A DNA stretch of 64,000 nucleotides from the NCBI GenBank assembly GCA_026984035.1, contig JALSSW010000028.1, forward strand, positions 5,745 to 69,744, written 5' to 3'. Below the pieces are notes generated by a model, which was given only the letters and a program-made list of their open reading frames with translations, was not told where the DNA came from and searched no databases. The position numbers and the translations under genes are program-made. The stretch is from Planctomycetota bacterium (lineage in GTDB: Bacteria; Planctomycetota; UBA1135; GCA-002748355). This document shows positions 8,809 to 18,416 of this stretch, in pieces (positions within the stretch are counted from its first letter, which is position 1; every line of letters begins with the position of its first letter).

Positions 8809-9246
8809 ATGAGGTGGAGCATGGGGATAAGCCACCAAGTCAAGGTGTTTGTCTTTAGGGTCTTGGGGAGCCAGGTGGATTTTCTCCTGGTTCGAAAATG
8901 GCCCATTGTTGAGCATACCTTCGGGCCGGTGCGGGGAACCATCAAGGTGGAAGAACGACCAAAGGAGGCCGTTCTAAGGGAGGTTCGAGAAGAGACAGGT
9001 TTGATTCAACCTGCCCATCTTATCGATCTCCACCATGTGTCTTCTCTTGTTTTTGGGGAGGAAGCTCTTTGCGAATGGGAATTTGGATATCAAGTTTCCC
9101 CACTAAGCCTGGCAAAAGAAATCGAACCTCGTGGGGAGGTGGTAGATTCACTCTGGGCTGGATTTGATCGGGCTTTTGATTGTCTGGAAATGCCGGAGGA
9201 TCGTTCCGCCCTTGTCCGGCTGAAAATGACTCTGGAGGCGGGTTGA
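8809..9246 (+). CDS. Nudix hydrolase
   Basis: Complete Nudix box GTIKVEERPKEAVLREVREETGL (Gx5Ex7REUxEExGU). An alternative start at ATG 8821 is possible. Confidence 0.8.
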   Translation: MRWSMGISHQVKVFVFRVLGSQVDFLLVRKWPIVEHTFGPVRGTIKVEERPKEAVLREVREETGLIQPAHLIDLHHVSSLVFGEEALCEWEFGYQVSPLSLAKEIEPRGEVVDSLWAGFDRAFDCLEMPEDRSALVRLKMTLEAG

Positions 9247-9312
9247 GAATCCGCAATTAGGGGGGCTTTTTCATCCAAGACTCGCAAGAAGGGGCGGCTA
9301 TGATCCGCAGCC

Positions 9313-10272
9313 GTGTTTGCCGAGATCATAGTTGAACCGCTTTCGATCCTTTTCCTCCTTTTGGTGGGGGGAGGAGTCCTCCTTTGGGCAGGGGCTGAGA
9401 TCCTCGTGAAGGGAGGGGTTGGTCTTGCGAGGTCGTTGGGGTTTTCTCCGATCTTGATTGGATCAACAGTTCTCGCGTTTGGTACTTCGGCTCCAGAAGG
9501 TTTTGTAAGTTTCATGGCTCTTCTTGAGGGAAGGGGAGGGGTCGCGGTTGGGAATATCCTGGGTTCAAATGTTTGCAATTTAGGCTTAGTCCTGGGGGCA
9601 ACGGCTCTTCTTTGCCCCATGAAGATCTCCCGGACGATCCTCTTTAGAGAGCTTCCCATCGTATTTTTTTCAAGTCTTCTGTTCTGGGGATTGCTTGCCA
9701 GGTTGGGTCTTGGTCGGGCAACGGGGGTGATTTCCCTGTTGGCATTTGGGGGAATCTATCTCTACTTGGTTCGGGAATCACGGATCGCTCTTCCCCCAGG
9801 TTTGGAGAAAAAAGGACCTGAGAGCAAGCTTGGACGGGATCTTCTTCTTGTGGGAGGCGGTTTGGCTGCTCTTGCTTTGGGGGGACATCTTTTTGTTGAG
9901 GGTGCAGGTGGCTTGGCCCATCGCTTTGGGATGCCCGAGGAGATGATTGGTGCGACAGTGATCGCTTTTGGGACCAGTCTTCCAGAGCTTGTCACTTCAT
10001 TGGTTGCCGCAATCCGCGGGGAAATCGATCTCAGTCTCGGGAACCTTCTCGGGAGCAATCTGTTCAATTTGCTTTTGGTTGGAGGGGCTTTGGGAGTCTT
10101 TCAGCCCATCCCCGTGTCAGAGCATGTCCTGTTCTTCCTGATGCCTATGGTGGCCGGGATTACCCTCTTGATTTACCCTTTGTGTCTTCTCCCATCCCCG
10201 AGAATGACTTTGGGTCGTGTTGGAGGGGGGATCCTTGTTTTGGTCTACATCGTTTTTCTTGGGTTAGCATAA
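9313..10272 (+). CDS. Ca2+/cation antiporter family protein (YrbG-type Na+/Ca2+ exchanger)
   Basis: Two alpha-repeat motifs, GNILGSNVCNLGLVLG and GNLLGSNLFNLLLVGG. About 10 TM helices. GTG start. Confidence 0.85.
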   Translation: MFAEIIVEPLSILFLLLVGGGVLLWAGAEILVKGGVGLARSLGFSPILIGSTVLAFGTSAPEGFVSFMALLEGRGGVAVGNILGSNVCNLGLVLGATALLCPMKISRTILFRELPIVFFSSLLFWGLLARLGLGRATGVISLLAFGGIYLYLVRESRIALPPGLEKKGPESKLGRDLLLVGGGLAALALGGHLFVEGAGGLAHRFGMPEEMIGATVIAFGTSLPELVTSLVAAIRGEIDLSLGNLLGSNLFNLLLVGGALGVFQPIPVSEHVLFFLMPMVAGITLLIYPLCLLPSPRMTLGRVGGGILVLVYIVFLGLA

Positions 10273-10275
10273 AGC

Positions 10276-11007
10276 ATGGCATTTCTTCCCCGTATTGGTA
10301 TCGATTTGGACCTGGACCATGATGGCCGAAGATGGGTCTATAAGAATCCCGTGACTTACCATAAGGCTGTGCTTCGAGCAGGGGGCATCCCGGTTTTTCT
10401 GTGCCCTGACGATCCAAGGCCTGCCGAAGGAATTGTCGATGGCCTTGATGGGGTTCTTATGACCGGAGGCGATGATTTCCATCCTCGCATTGTGAATAGG
10501 ATTCCCGGGAAAACGCCGATGACGCTTTTGCCTGTGAGACGGGAGAAGTTTGTCTTGCGCCTCATAGAGGCAATCCTGGAGAAGGATGTCCCTTGTTTAG
10601 CTGTTTGCCTCGGAAGCCAAGCTTTGAATTTAGCCTTGGGTGGAGATCTTGTTTTGGATCTTCCTAGCGAATACCCGGGGGCTCTGGACCACTCCGGGGG
10701 AAAAAGGCACCTTGTTGTCCCTGAACCAAAAAGCTTTTTAGGTCGTTACTGGAAAATGCGTCCCCAAAGGCTCAAAAGTCATCATCATCAAGCCGCCAGG
10801 AGATTGGGGCAAGAGCTTGCCCTTGAGGCCCGGGGTGAAGATGGTGTTTTGGAAGCTTTCCGGCATCCCGGTAAGCGCTTCCTCTTTGGTGTGCAATGGC
10901 ATCCAGAGCTTCAATATGAAAGCTTGGGGGGGCATCCGTTATTGGATGCTTTAATTTTCACGAGCCAAGGCAAATCGCTGGAAGCATTTTTTAAATCAAA
11001 ACAATAA
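10276..11007 (+). CDS. Class I glutamine amidotransferase-like, peptidase C26 (gamma-glutamyl-GABA hydrolase family)
   Basis: Nucleophile elbow LAVCLGSQALNLALGG and the GVQWHPE motif. The start lies 3 nt after the upstream stop. Confidence 0.8.
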   Translation: MAFLPRIGIDLDLDHDGRRWVYKNPVTYHKAVLRAGGIPVFLCPDDPRPAEGIVDGLDGVLMTGGDDFHPRIVNRIPGKTPMTLLPVRREKFVLRLIEAILEKDVPCLAVCLGSQALNLALGGDLVLDLPSEYPGALDHSGGKRHLVVPEPKSFLGRYWKMRPQRLKSHHHQAARRLGQELALEARGEDGVLEAFRHPGKRFLFGVQWHPELQYESLGGHPLLDALIFTSQGKSLEAFFKSKQ

Positions 11008-11016
11008 AGAGGGTTT

Positions 11017-12417
11017 GTGTCGCTAAAGAACCATTTGAAACCTCCTTCCGTTTCCATCCGAAGGAAACGGGAAGGACGCAAAAAGAAAGGAGCCCGGGGA
11101 GCATCTATCCGCATAGGGGTATTGATCGTTGCCGTAGTCTTGCTCGGGTCCATTATTTTTGGAGGTTTGGGGAATCTGCTGAATCCTCGGGAAGATACTA
11201 CCCTTATCACTCCACCCCGGAACCAGATCCCCCTTGATGCGGGTTATACGGTTCCCGTTCCCGAAATTGACCCTTCTTTGTTTAAGGATGTAAGAGAAGA
11301 GACTTCTGCACAAAGATATATCAACGAACCTAAGCCTTATTTGCAACTTCTGCGGGCAGCCATCAAATTGGTTCCAGGCTCCCTGCGAGAGATGGGCCTT
11401 CCGGATCGGCCAGTCCCTATCTCCCTCCTCCAGGGAAACCCGGATAAATACCGAGGCGCCCCCCTCTTCTATGAAGGTGAACTTCTTAGTTTGAGGCCTC
11501 CGGAAAAGGTTCCAGGTTTAGAAAGTTTTGAGGTCACGGAAGGTCTGCTCCAGACTGATTCCAAGGAGAATGTCCTTTTTGCGATTATTGAACCTGCTCC
11601 CAAGGACATTCACCCAGGGAGTCGAGTGCGCATAGAGGGTTTTTTCTTCAAGCTTCGTGATGAGAACTTCCCATTCAAGGTAAAAAAAGCTCCGTTCTTG
11701 GTAGGGGCCAATTTGAAGCATGCCTTCAAGGAATTCCCTCCGGTAAAAACCCTCGATAAAAAGATCCTCGGGCAAATCCGGGATAAGAGCCTCCGAGAAG
11801 CAAAAACCATTGAAGACCTCCCTTTCTTTCATCTTGCTTCCTGGATTATGAACCAGAAAGATCGAAAGAATTGGCCCAAGGAAACCCCGGAACTTACTCG
11901 GAAGATTGCTGTCCATATGGCGCAGGCTGATGGGACGATTCCCCGGGGCAAAATGTTCAAGATCATTGCAAACCTCCTTTGGGTGCAGGTAATTAAGGCT
12001 GAGCCGAATCCCCTTAAGGTTTCTTTCTGGTCCCGGGTTTGGCTCTACCACCCCACGATTGGCACCATTGCTTTAAAAATCCCCGGGAAGCTTCCTCACA
12101 ATTGGAAAACCGGTGACGAGGTCGTTGCTTATGGGGTTTTTATGAAGAGGATCTACTACGAGACGGGAGCCTCCCGAAAGGAGTGGAAATATCGGTTTCG
12201 GATCATCCCCTTCTTCGTTGCCGATCAGCTCTATTATTTGAAAGTGATCGATAACCCCCTCAACCAAATCTTGCGAATCTTTTTCGTGGCCCTTACGGCT
12301 TTTTTGGTCTTGGCTTTGATGATTTTAGCAGTTCGGGATTCCAAGGCGGATAAAGAAATTCGAAACCGCCTTCGCGCAAAGAAACTCAAGCGGATGCGAA
12401 ACCGGATGGGAGAGTAG
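11017..12417 (+). CDS. Hypothetical membrane-anchored protein (N- and C-terminal TM helices)
   Basis: 466-aa ORF with a GTG start. Basic N-terminus, then TM helix IGVLIVAVVLLGSIIFGG. C-terminal TM helix FFVALTAFLVLALMILAV followed by a basic tail. No known motif recognised. Confidence 0.55.
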   Translation: MSLKNHLKPPSVSIRRKREGRKKKGARGASIRIGVLIVAVVLLGSIIFGGLGNLLNPREDTTLITPPRNQIPLDAGYTVPVPEIDPSLFKDVREETSAQRYINEPKPYLQLLRAAIKLVPGSLREMGLPDRPVPISLLQGNPDKYRGAPLFYEGELLSLRPPEKVPGLESFEVTEGLLQTDSKENVLFAIIEPAPKDIHPGSRVRIEGFFFKLRDENFPFKVKKAPFLVGANLKHAFKEFPPVKTLDKKILGQIRDKSLREAKTIEDLPFFHLASWIMNQKDRKNWPKETPELTRKIAVHMAQADGTIPRGKMFKIIANLLWVQVIKAEPNPLKVSFWSRVWLYHPTIGTIALKIPGKLPHNWKTGDEVVAYGVFMKRIYYETGASRKEWKYRFRIIPFFVADQLYYLKVIDNPLNQILRIFFVALTAFLVLALMILAVRDSKADKEIRNRLRAKKLKRMRNRMGE

Positions 12418-12422
12418 GAAGG

Positions 12423-13499
12423 ATGAGTTGGGAACTCTCCTTTCCGAGTCGGAGGGAAGCGCAAACTCAAGTTGAACTTGGTTGCGATAGGTTTGGGGAA
12501 CTCATCCACTGGCTCCGGCAACGGGAAGGACGTTTCTACCTGGTTGTAGATGAAAGTGTTCTCCTTTTTCATCCCCATCGCTTGGCCCCCCTTAAGGAAG
12601 AGGCCTTGGGAGTTTCGATTGTTCCAGGAGGGGATCGCTCAAAAAAACCTTCCAAATTGGCGGAACTCTGTTCTGAGATGGCGGAGGTTGGGCTTGGGCG
12701 GAGGGATGCAGTTGTTGTGGTGGGGGGAGGGAGCATCCTCGATTTAGGTGGGTTGGCTGCAGCTTTGTACCTCAGAGGGGTGTCCCTCATTCAGGTTCCA
12801 ACGACCTTCCTCTCCGCTGTGGATGCTTGTCTTGGAGGGAAATGTGCCGTAGATCTCCCGGAAGGGCGAAACCTGATGGGGGTTTTTCATTTTGCAGAGA
12901 AGCTTTTGGTGGACCCCCTTTTCTTAGGAACGCTCCCCCCTTCCGAATTCTCCAACGGCCTCGGCGAAGTGGCAAAGTATGGACTCGGTTTTTCCGAAGG
13001 GCTGATGGATTGGCTTCTTGCTCTTCCACCTCTTGGTCCTTCATCGGATCCGGTTTTACTGGAAGACCTCGTGGGGAAGTGTCTTCGAATTAAGTCCGAA
13101 GTGGTGATGCGGGATCCTTGGGAGAGGGATGGAGTTCGTCGTACCCTTAATCTAGGGCACAGTCTTGCGCATGCCCTTGAGGCTTTTTCTGGACCGGGAA
13201 GGATTGGTCATGGAAGGGCTGTCGGCTTGGGTCTTCGGGCAGAGTTGCGTATGGGGGGGCTTCCTGCAAGGGAGCGGAGGAAAGCAGAGGTTTTCTTGGA
13301 TCATTTAGGCCAGGCATCTTCCCTTGTAGAGGTTTTCTCTCGTCCTCCTGGAGTCAAGGAACTCGAACCTTTCTTTTTGCGAGACAAGAAAACTGAGGGG
13401 GCATTCTTGTTCGAACCAAGAATTGAAACTCTAGGTTCATGTTCCATGAAGCGAGTAGATCCTGTCTTGCATTTGAAAGATCTTCTCAAAAGTCTTTAA
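12423..13499 (+). CDS. aroB: 3-dehydroquinate synthase
   Basis: VVVVGGGSILDLGGLAAALYLRGVSLIQVPTTFLSAVDACLGGKCAVD and LNLGHSLAHALE are typical of AroB. Confidence 0.9.
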   Translation: MSWELSFPSRREAQTQVELGCDRFGELIHWLRQREGRFYLVVDESVLLFHPHRLAPLKEEALGVSIVPGGDRSKKPSKLAELCSEMAEVGLGRRDAVVVVGGGSILDLGGLAAALYLRGVSLIQVPTTFLSAVDACLGGKCAVDLPEGRNLMGVFHFAEKLLVDPLFLGTLPPSEFSNGLGEVAKYGLGFSEGLMDWLLALPPLGPSSDPVLLEDLVGKCLRIKSEVVMRDPWERDGVRRTLNLGHSLAHALEAFSGPGRIGHGRAVGLGLRAELRMGGLPARERRKAEVFLDHLGQASSLVEVFSRPPGVKELEPFFLRDKKTEGAFLFEPRIETLGSCSMKRVDPVLHLKDLLKSL

Positions 13500-13507
13500 T
13501 CGCTAGT

Positions 13508-13566
13508 GAGGACCCGGTTCTGGGTCCTCCAGGTTCGATTGCTGCTGGGAGCAATCCTTTTCTTGG
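13508..13566 (+). terminator. Two tandem hairpins between convergent aroB and the GT4 gene; the second is followed by a T-rich run
   Basis: GAGGACCC-ggttct-GGGTCCTC (13508-13529, perfect 8-bp stem). GATTGCT-gctggg-AGCAATC (13537-13556, 7-bp stem) followed by CTTTTCTT. Confidence 0.5.
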
Positions 13567-13630
13567 CTTGCTCACTCAATTCCCCCAAGGGCTCTATCGT
13601 TTTCTTGCTAGGGTCTTATGGAGAAACCGA

Positions 13631-14947
13631 CTAAACCGAGATTTCTTTTTTTCGAGAGCTGTCTTTTGTGGGCCTCGTCGAGTTTCGGCCCTTTTTCTCC
13701 AAATCCGGAATGAGGCGGCATTCACAGAGTGACTCAAGGGCTTCTCGATAATTGTTGAACTCTTGATCCCAGGAGTGTTCGTTCAGGAATCTTTTTGCCC
13801 TCCTCGCCATGGCTTGAGCTTCGGCAGGATGTTCGTAAAGGAATACAAGGTGGTTGGCAAAAGTCTCGATGTCGCCGTCTTCAAAATAGAGAACTTCTCC
13901 CTCCTGAAAGAGGGTTCGCATGATCTTGGTGTTTACCGTCACGATGGGCAGGCTCATTGCCACATATTCCGGGACTTTGAGGGATAATGCTATGTCGATG
14001 TGGACATCCATATGAGGTGTGAAGGTCCCAACCGAAGAATGACTCATGACTTCGGGAACTTGTCGGAGATCAATGGAGGGCCGAATATCCAATCGATGGG
14101 AAACTCCTAATTCCCCTGCCAATCGTTCGAGTGCAGCAAGGGGTTCTCCTTCTCCATCGGCAAGTTTGGGGTGAAGCACCAGGCGAATCCCCGGTATTCG
14201 GTCTTGGGCCATGGCCAAAACTTTGACTAGCTGATCCGGGCCGTGTCGGTCGGAAACCGTTCCCAGGTAAAGGAGTCTGAATTCTTCAGGATCTTCTGGT
14301 CCTTTCCAGGGATGCGCCCCCTCATTGAAAAGCTCTGTGTCGGGAGCGTTAAGGACAACTAGCGAATCTTTCTTTTGGCAGGTTCCGCGACCAATGGCGA
14401 TGTTTTGAAAAATGGAGGTCGCAAAGATCACTTTATCAGCAAAAAGATGTGAGGCTATCTCTTGGACACGAAGGGGAAAAATCATGGGGTGGTTCAAGTT
14501 GCAGTGGAATTTACTGGCATACACCTCTGGCATCAGGTCGTGAACGTCCAGAACTATTTTGGTTCCGAACACCTTTGGGATCAGGGCGCTGAATACTAAA
14601 AAGTCGGGCATGTTGTGGACATGAACGACATCGAAACGCTTGTGAAAGGTTTTTTTTGTCAGGTGCCAGAAGGCGAGGAAGAGAAAGACAAAGTACTCGA
14701 ATAGATAGCGAAACGTTCCGCCTCGTTTGCGATCCAGGGGGGCTCGAACCAGGTGTACACCTTCAAGGATTTCCTTCTTGGGGAGGCCCTTTCCCCTAAG
14801 AGCAATGATCTCGACATAGTGTCCTAATTTGGCCAGTGATTCGGCATATCTCCGAACCCGAGCGTCCTTTTCGTAGTACGCATGGACCACCATTCCGACC
14901 CGGATCTTCCTATGGGGCTTCCCTTGCTTTGTTTCTTCAGTTTTCAT
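13631..14947 (-). CDS. Glycosyltransferase family 4 (GT-B fold)
   Basis: KIRVGMVVHAYYEKDARVRRYAESLAKLGHYVEII is a typical GT4 N-terminus. I use the internal ATG at 14947 (MKTEETKQ...), because the track ORF start (15091) would overlap the upstream gene by 155 nt. Confidence 0.8.
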   Translation of the reverse strand: MKTEETKQGKPHRKIRVGMVVHAYYEKDARVRRYAESLAKLGHYVEIIALRGKGLPKKEILEGVHLVRAPLDRKRGGTFRYLFEYFVFLFLAFWHLTKKTFHKRFDVVHVHNMPDFLVFSALIPKVFGTKIVLDVHDLMPEVYASKFHCNLNHPMIFPLRVQEIASHLFADKVIFATSIFQNIAIGRGTCQKKDSLVVLNAPDTELFNEGAHPWKGPEDPEEFRLLYLGTVSDRHGPDQLVKVLAMAQDRIPGIRLVLHPKLADGEGEPLAALERLAGELGVSHRLDIRPSIDLRQVPEVMSHSSVGTFTPHMDVHIDIALSLKVPEYVAMSLPIVTVNTKIMRTLFQEGEVLYFEDGDIETFANHLVFLYEHPAEAQAMARRAKRFLNEHSWDQEFNNYREALESLCECRLIPDLEKKGRNSTRPTKDSSRKKEISV

Positions 14948-16181
14948 CAATCTTTTGTTCGAGGATTGTTCCACAGAGATTGAGCAGGTCCAGGACTCTT
15001 TGATCCCAGGAGTCATTGTGGACAGCCGCTTTACGCAGCTTGGCTTTTTCCTCGTTGCGATCCTTGTCCAGAGCGATTTGGATGGCTTCAAGGAACTCCT
15101 CTGGGTTCTGAGCGATTCTCACAATGTTTTCGTAGCGATGGATTTCTGGGAAATCCATCGTCACCACGGGTAAGCCGAGCGCAAGATATTCCTTAAGTTT
15201 GATCGGGTTGCAGTTTTTGATCCAGTCGTTTTTCTTCCATGGCATGATGGCAACGTCGAAGGCTGATCCAAGTTTGGGGATTTCCTCAAAGCTTCTGGGG
15301 CCTAACCACCTCACATTTGGAAGCTCTGTAATGCTCTCCAATGAGCTTGTTGCATCTCCAATCAGCAGGAGTGTGCCCTGGGAAAATCGTTGAGCGATTT
15401 TTTTTAGAAGGGAGAAGTCAACCAGATGTTCTCGCAGCCCTCCAAACCATCCAATGATAGGCCTTGGCAAGTCCTTTAATTCCTTTGGCAGTTCAGATGA
15501 GGGGACCTGTTTGAAATGATTTGTATCAACCCCATGATCGAAAAGGATTGCTTTGTCGCCGCATAGGTAGCTCTCTTCTTCCATGAGAGCTTTGCTGACA
15601 TAAAGGACGATGTCAGCTTTTTCCATTAATTCTTTTTCCAGCCTTTCGATGTATCCCCCATCGGCTTCTCCAAAGGCGGAGTGTTTGTCCGAGCGGTTAT
15701 AGATCAAGCAGTCCATCGGTTCATCGCGAAGAACCTCCATGGCGGTTGGTACCGTGACAAAATAAATGGGGTTTTGAATCCTATTCTTTTTCTTTGCCAG
15801 GTTGACTTGAGCCCTGATCATCCGGGCATTGAGAGCCCGCATTTTTGGCGAGCCATAGAGAGGGAGAAGGATAGGGCTGAGTACATGATATTTGGGAAGG
15901 TGGGGTAGCGGCGTCTTTAGAAACTTGGCCATACTTTTGGCCTTACGAAGAATCCGCTTGAGAAAGCCGCTACTCTTTCCCGGAGTTGGCATGCGCATAC
16001 CAATACTATTGATTAGTAAAACTTCCCTCGTTTCAGCAAGGCGCGTCATAAGCTGAAAATCGGAATGAGCCCGGTTGTGATACCACCAATCCAGCCCGCA
16101 AAAACAGACAAAGGGTCGGTTGGCACAAGAATCCATCCGCGTGCTTAAGATCGCCTCTCCCATCTTCGGCTTTTCACTCAT
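14937..16181 (-). CDS. Glycosyltransferase (GT1-like, TuaH-type)
   Basis: C-terminal block FDVAIMPWKKNDWIKNCNPIKLKEYLALGLPVVTMDFPE is typical of GT-B sugar transferases. It overlaps the downstream GT4 start by 11 nt. Confidence 0.7.
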   Translation of the reverse strand: MSEKPKMGEAILSTRMDSCANRPFVCFCGLDWWYHNRAHSDFQLMTRLAETREVLLINSIGMRMPTPGKSSGFLKRILRKAKSMAKFLKTPLPHLPKYHVLSPILLPLYGSPKMRALNARMIRAQVNLAKKKNRIQNPIYFVTVPTAMEVLRDEPMDCLIYNRSDKHSAFGEADGGYIERLEKELMEKADIVLYVSKALMEEESYLCGDKAILFDHGVDTNHFKQVPSSELPKELKDLPRPIIGWFGGLREHLVDFSLLKKIAQRFSQGTLLLIGDATSSLESITELPNVRWLGPRSFEEIPKLGSAFDVAIMPWKKNDWIKNCNPIKLKEYLALGLPVVTMDFPEIHRYENIVRIAQNPEEFLEAIQIALDKDRNEEKAKLRKAAVHNDSWDQRVLDLLNLCGTILEQKIDEN

Positions 16182-16491
16182 TCTGTGAGTTGTGCTTTCC
16201 AGAATTCCCCCATGCTTCTTGGAAGAGGTTTCTTGGTAGAAAATCCCCCATATCCTACCCTTGGCTTCTCGACTTCCTAATAGGATCCACTTAACCCGAT
16301 CTCACGAATAAACCGGATAAGGGAGATCCTGTTCTCAGTGAAAAACGCCTGGTAGATCGGGGGAGGGTCTGAATAATGCGGGATGGGTCATGCAAAAGCC
16401 CGAGAAGAACATGGTCGCTTATCCTCTTTGGGGAGAAAAGCGGAAAAAGAGGCTTCGATGGAGGCCTTCCAAGTGCCGAAACACTATAGAT

Positions 16492-17379
16492 ATGGAAGAA
16501 CAACTAAAGCATCTTGACGGGGATTTGGAGACTTCCTCTTCTGCGGGGAGGACTTTCACTTGGGCTTCCTTCTTCCTGCTGTTTTTTGTTTTGGAGCCGT
16601 TTTTGGAACTAGAGGTCCGCCTTTGGTTTTCTTCCTCTAAGCAAAACTCTGCGGCACTGATCGGTTTTGTTGGAGCCCTTTGGATGTTGCTTGGCAGGCG
16701 CAAGGAAGTGTTCGGGAAACCGGGTCGGTCTCGGAACTGGTCGGTGTTCTTCTCTGCGCTGTTCATCGGATGTCTCTGGTTTTCGCTTCTAATGGATGTC
16801 CGCTCTGGTGTTGCTTTTTTCTCCATTTTGCTCCTTTTTTCTTCCCTCCACTATCTATTTGGGTTCCGCTTTGCCCCTTCGACCCTTTTTGCGGGACTCT
16901 TTCTCCTTGCCACAGTTCCGATCCCAGGTGGGTTCATGGCAAAAATGGGACAGGTTTTAGTGGAAGCTGCGGCCGCCTTGGCTTTCGGGATCCTTAGGCC
17001 CTTCTATTCGGGTCTCGACCTTTTGGGTTATAGCTTGGTTCTCCCCTCTGGGGCGGCCGTGGAAATCGTAGATGATTGCAATGGTTTGGCCGGGATTCTC
17101 CTCTTTCCCATTTTAATCTTGACCCTCCTTGCCTTTTGGAGAGTGAGAAGTTGGAAGGTCGGGGGGCTATTCCTTGGACTTTCTTTTTTGGCCGCGTTTG
17201 GAGGGAACCTCCTCAGGATCTTGCTCACAGCATTCTTCGAGTTCCAGGGTTTATCTTGGAATCATTCTCCCGTTTTTCATGAGGTGCTGGGATTGGTCAG
17301 CTTGGCGCTCTTTTTTATTCCTTTGGCTTGGCTTCTTTACAGGTTCAAAGGTCCAGGATGCGAGGGGGAGAAGCCATGA
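16492..17379 (+). CDS. Exosortase family protein (EpsH/Xrt-type transpeptidase)
   Basis: Polytopic membrane protein with Cys motif EIVDDCNGLAGILLF, Arg motif GGNLLRILLTAFF and a downstream His (FHEVLGL). The start is taken at ATG 16492 (MEEQLKH); the track ORF begins at 16390. Confidence 0.75.
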   Translation: MEEQLKHLDGDLETSSSAGRTFTWASFFLLFFVLEPFLELEVRLWFSSSKQNSAALIGFVGALWMLLGRRKEVFGKPGRSRNWSVFFSALFIGCLWFSLLMDVRSGVAFFSILLLFSSLHYLFGFRFAPSTLFAGLFLLATVPIPGGFMAKMGQVLVEAAAALAFGILRPFYSGLDLLGYSLVLPSGAAVEIVDDCNGLAGILLFPILILTLLAFWRVRSWKVGGLFLGLSFLAAFGGNLLRILLTAFFEFQGLSWNHSPVFHEVLGLVSLALFFIPLAWLLYRFKGPGCEGEKP

Positions 17380-18023
17380 GAACCCGAATCGTATTTTTCC
17401 TAATTCTCCTTTGTGGGAGTGGCTTAGTTTTAGGGGAGCGTTTTTTTTCTTCTTCAGGTGATGCGCGTTTTGACTTTCCTGCCTTGGGGGAGTCCATCGC
17501 TGAGCTTTTTCCAGGCCCACAATGGGTTGAGGATCGTTTTCAGCCCAGCCCTCTGCTCCCCAAAGACTATATTCTTTTTGTCACTAAGGAAGGAGAGACC
17601 CCCAAACTCTCGATCTATCTAGGGTATTATCCAGGGATCATCTTTTTGGGGGAACAACCTCATGATCCTGAAGTTTGTTACCAGGCCCAGGGTTGGGATC
17701 TGGCAAAGCATCGAAGCGTTGAGGCCGTTCCCATGGGGGAAGGGAAGGTTGCCTATGTCCAGCGTTTGGAGGTTGCTTATGGGGAGGAGCAACGTGAAGT
17801 GGTGTTTTGGAGGCAAGAGCCTGGGCGCATCCCCGAAAAAGAGGAGAGCGGAATCGTAGCTCTTGGGAGAGATCTTGTTGGAAGGGTTGGGAGGGGAAGG
17901 CGGGACTACGCTTGGGTCAGGATCGAAAGCGATCCTGGCTTTCTACCAAGACCCCTAAATGATGTTTGGAAAGCCCAGATCAGAGCTCTGATCTTAAGAG
18001 TCTCCTCATGCTTTGGTGATTAA
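17376..18023 (+). CDS. EpsI-family exosortase-associated protein
   Basis: ATGA overlap with the exosortase stop (17376-17379), preceded by GGGGGAG. N-terminal TM helix, then LSIYLGYYPG...HDPEVCYQAQGWDL, which matches the EpsI hallmark HxPxxCxxxxGW. Confidence 0.7.
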   Translation: MRTRIVFFLILLCGSGLVLGERFFSSSGDARFDFPALGESIAELFPGPQWVEDRFQPSPLLPKDYILFVTKEGETPKLSIYLGYYPGIIFLGEQPHDPEVCYQAQGWDLAKHRSVEAVPMGEGKVAYVQRLEVAYGEEQREVVFWRQEPGRIPEKEESGIVALGRDLVGRVGRGRRDYAWVRIESDPGFLPRPLNDVWKAQIRALILRVSSCFGD

Positions 18024-18416
18024 GAGCCCAAACCATTTCTATGACCATTCGGTCCGCTGGATGAATGACCTGGCAACAACAACGAGGCGTTCTTTCTCCC
18101 AAACATGGTGGTTTCGGATCCCCTTTGCGTTTCCCGAGCTTTAAGGCGCAAAAGGGATCGATGGCCTTTTTGCAAAAGGAGAATTTGGAATAGCCTTGGC
18201 ATAGCCCTTTTGGGCGAAGCCTTCTTCTTTAGGCCGTTCATGCAAGCCTTATCAGGAGCAAGGCATTTCCCCATCTCTTGTTCGTGAATCCATCGGGTTA
18301 ATAGGGATGAGGCCCACATGCTTTTGAAAGACCCAATGGCTGCTTGGGGGCTTCAGCATTGGTTCATGGGGCATGGGGATTTGAAGGTGCCGGGGTTGGG
18401 GTTTTTAGGATGCGAA

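Noticed and set aside
9090-9659. 189-aa antisense ORF over the Nudix/antiporter genes. The same class includes 20308-20829, 22556-23083, 27171-27686, 38195-38647, 55929-56456 and 60994-61611
   Set aside because: All lie opposite to, or in alternative frames of, genes with strong family signatures. They have Arg/Pro/Ser/Gly-biased composition typical of antisense frames.
14948-15091. N-terminal 48-codon extension of the GT4 ORF in the track
   Set aside because: It would overlap the upstream glycosyltransferase by 155 nt. The extension is basic and low-complexity. The GT4 homology begins right after the internal ATG at 14947, which gives an 11-nt overlap typical of operons.
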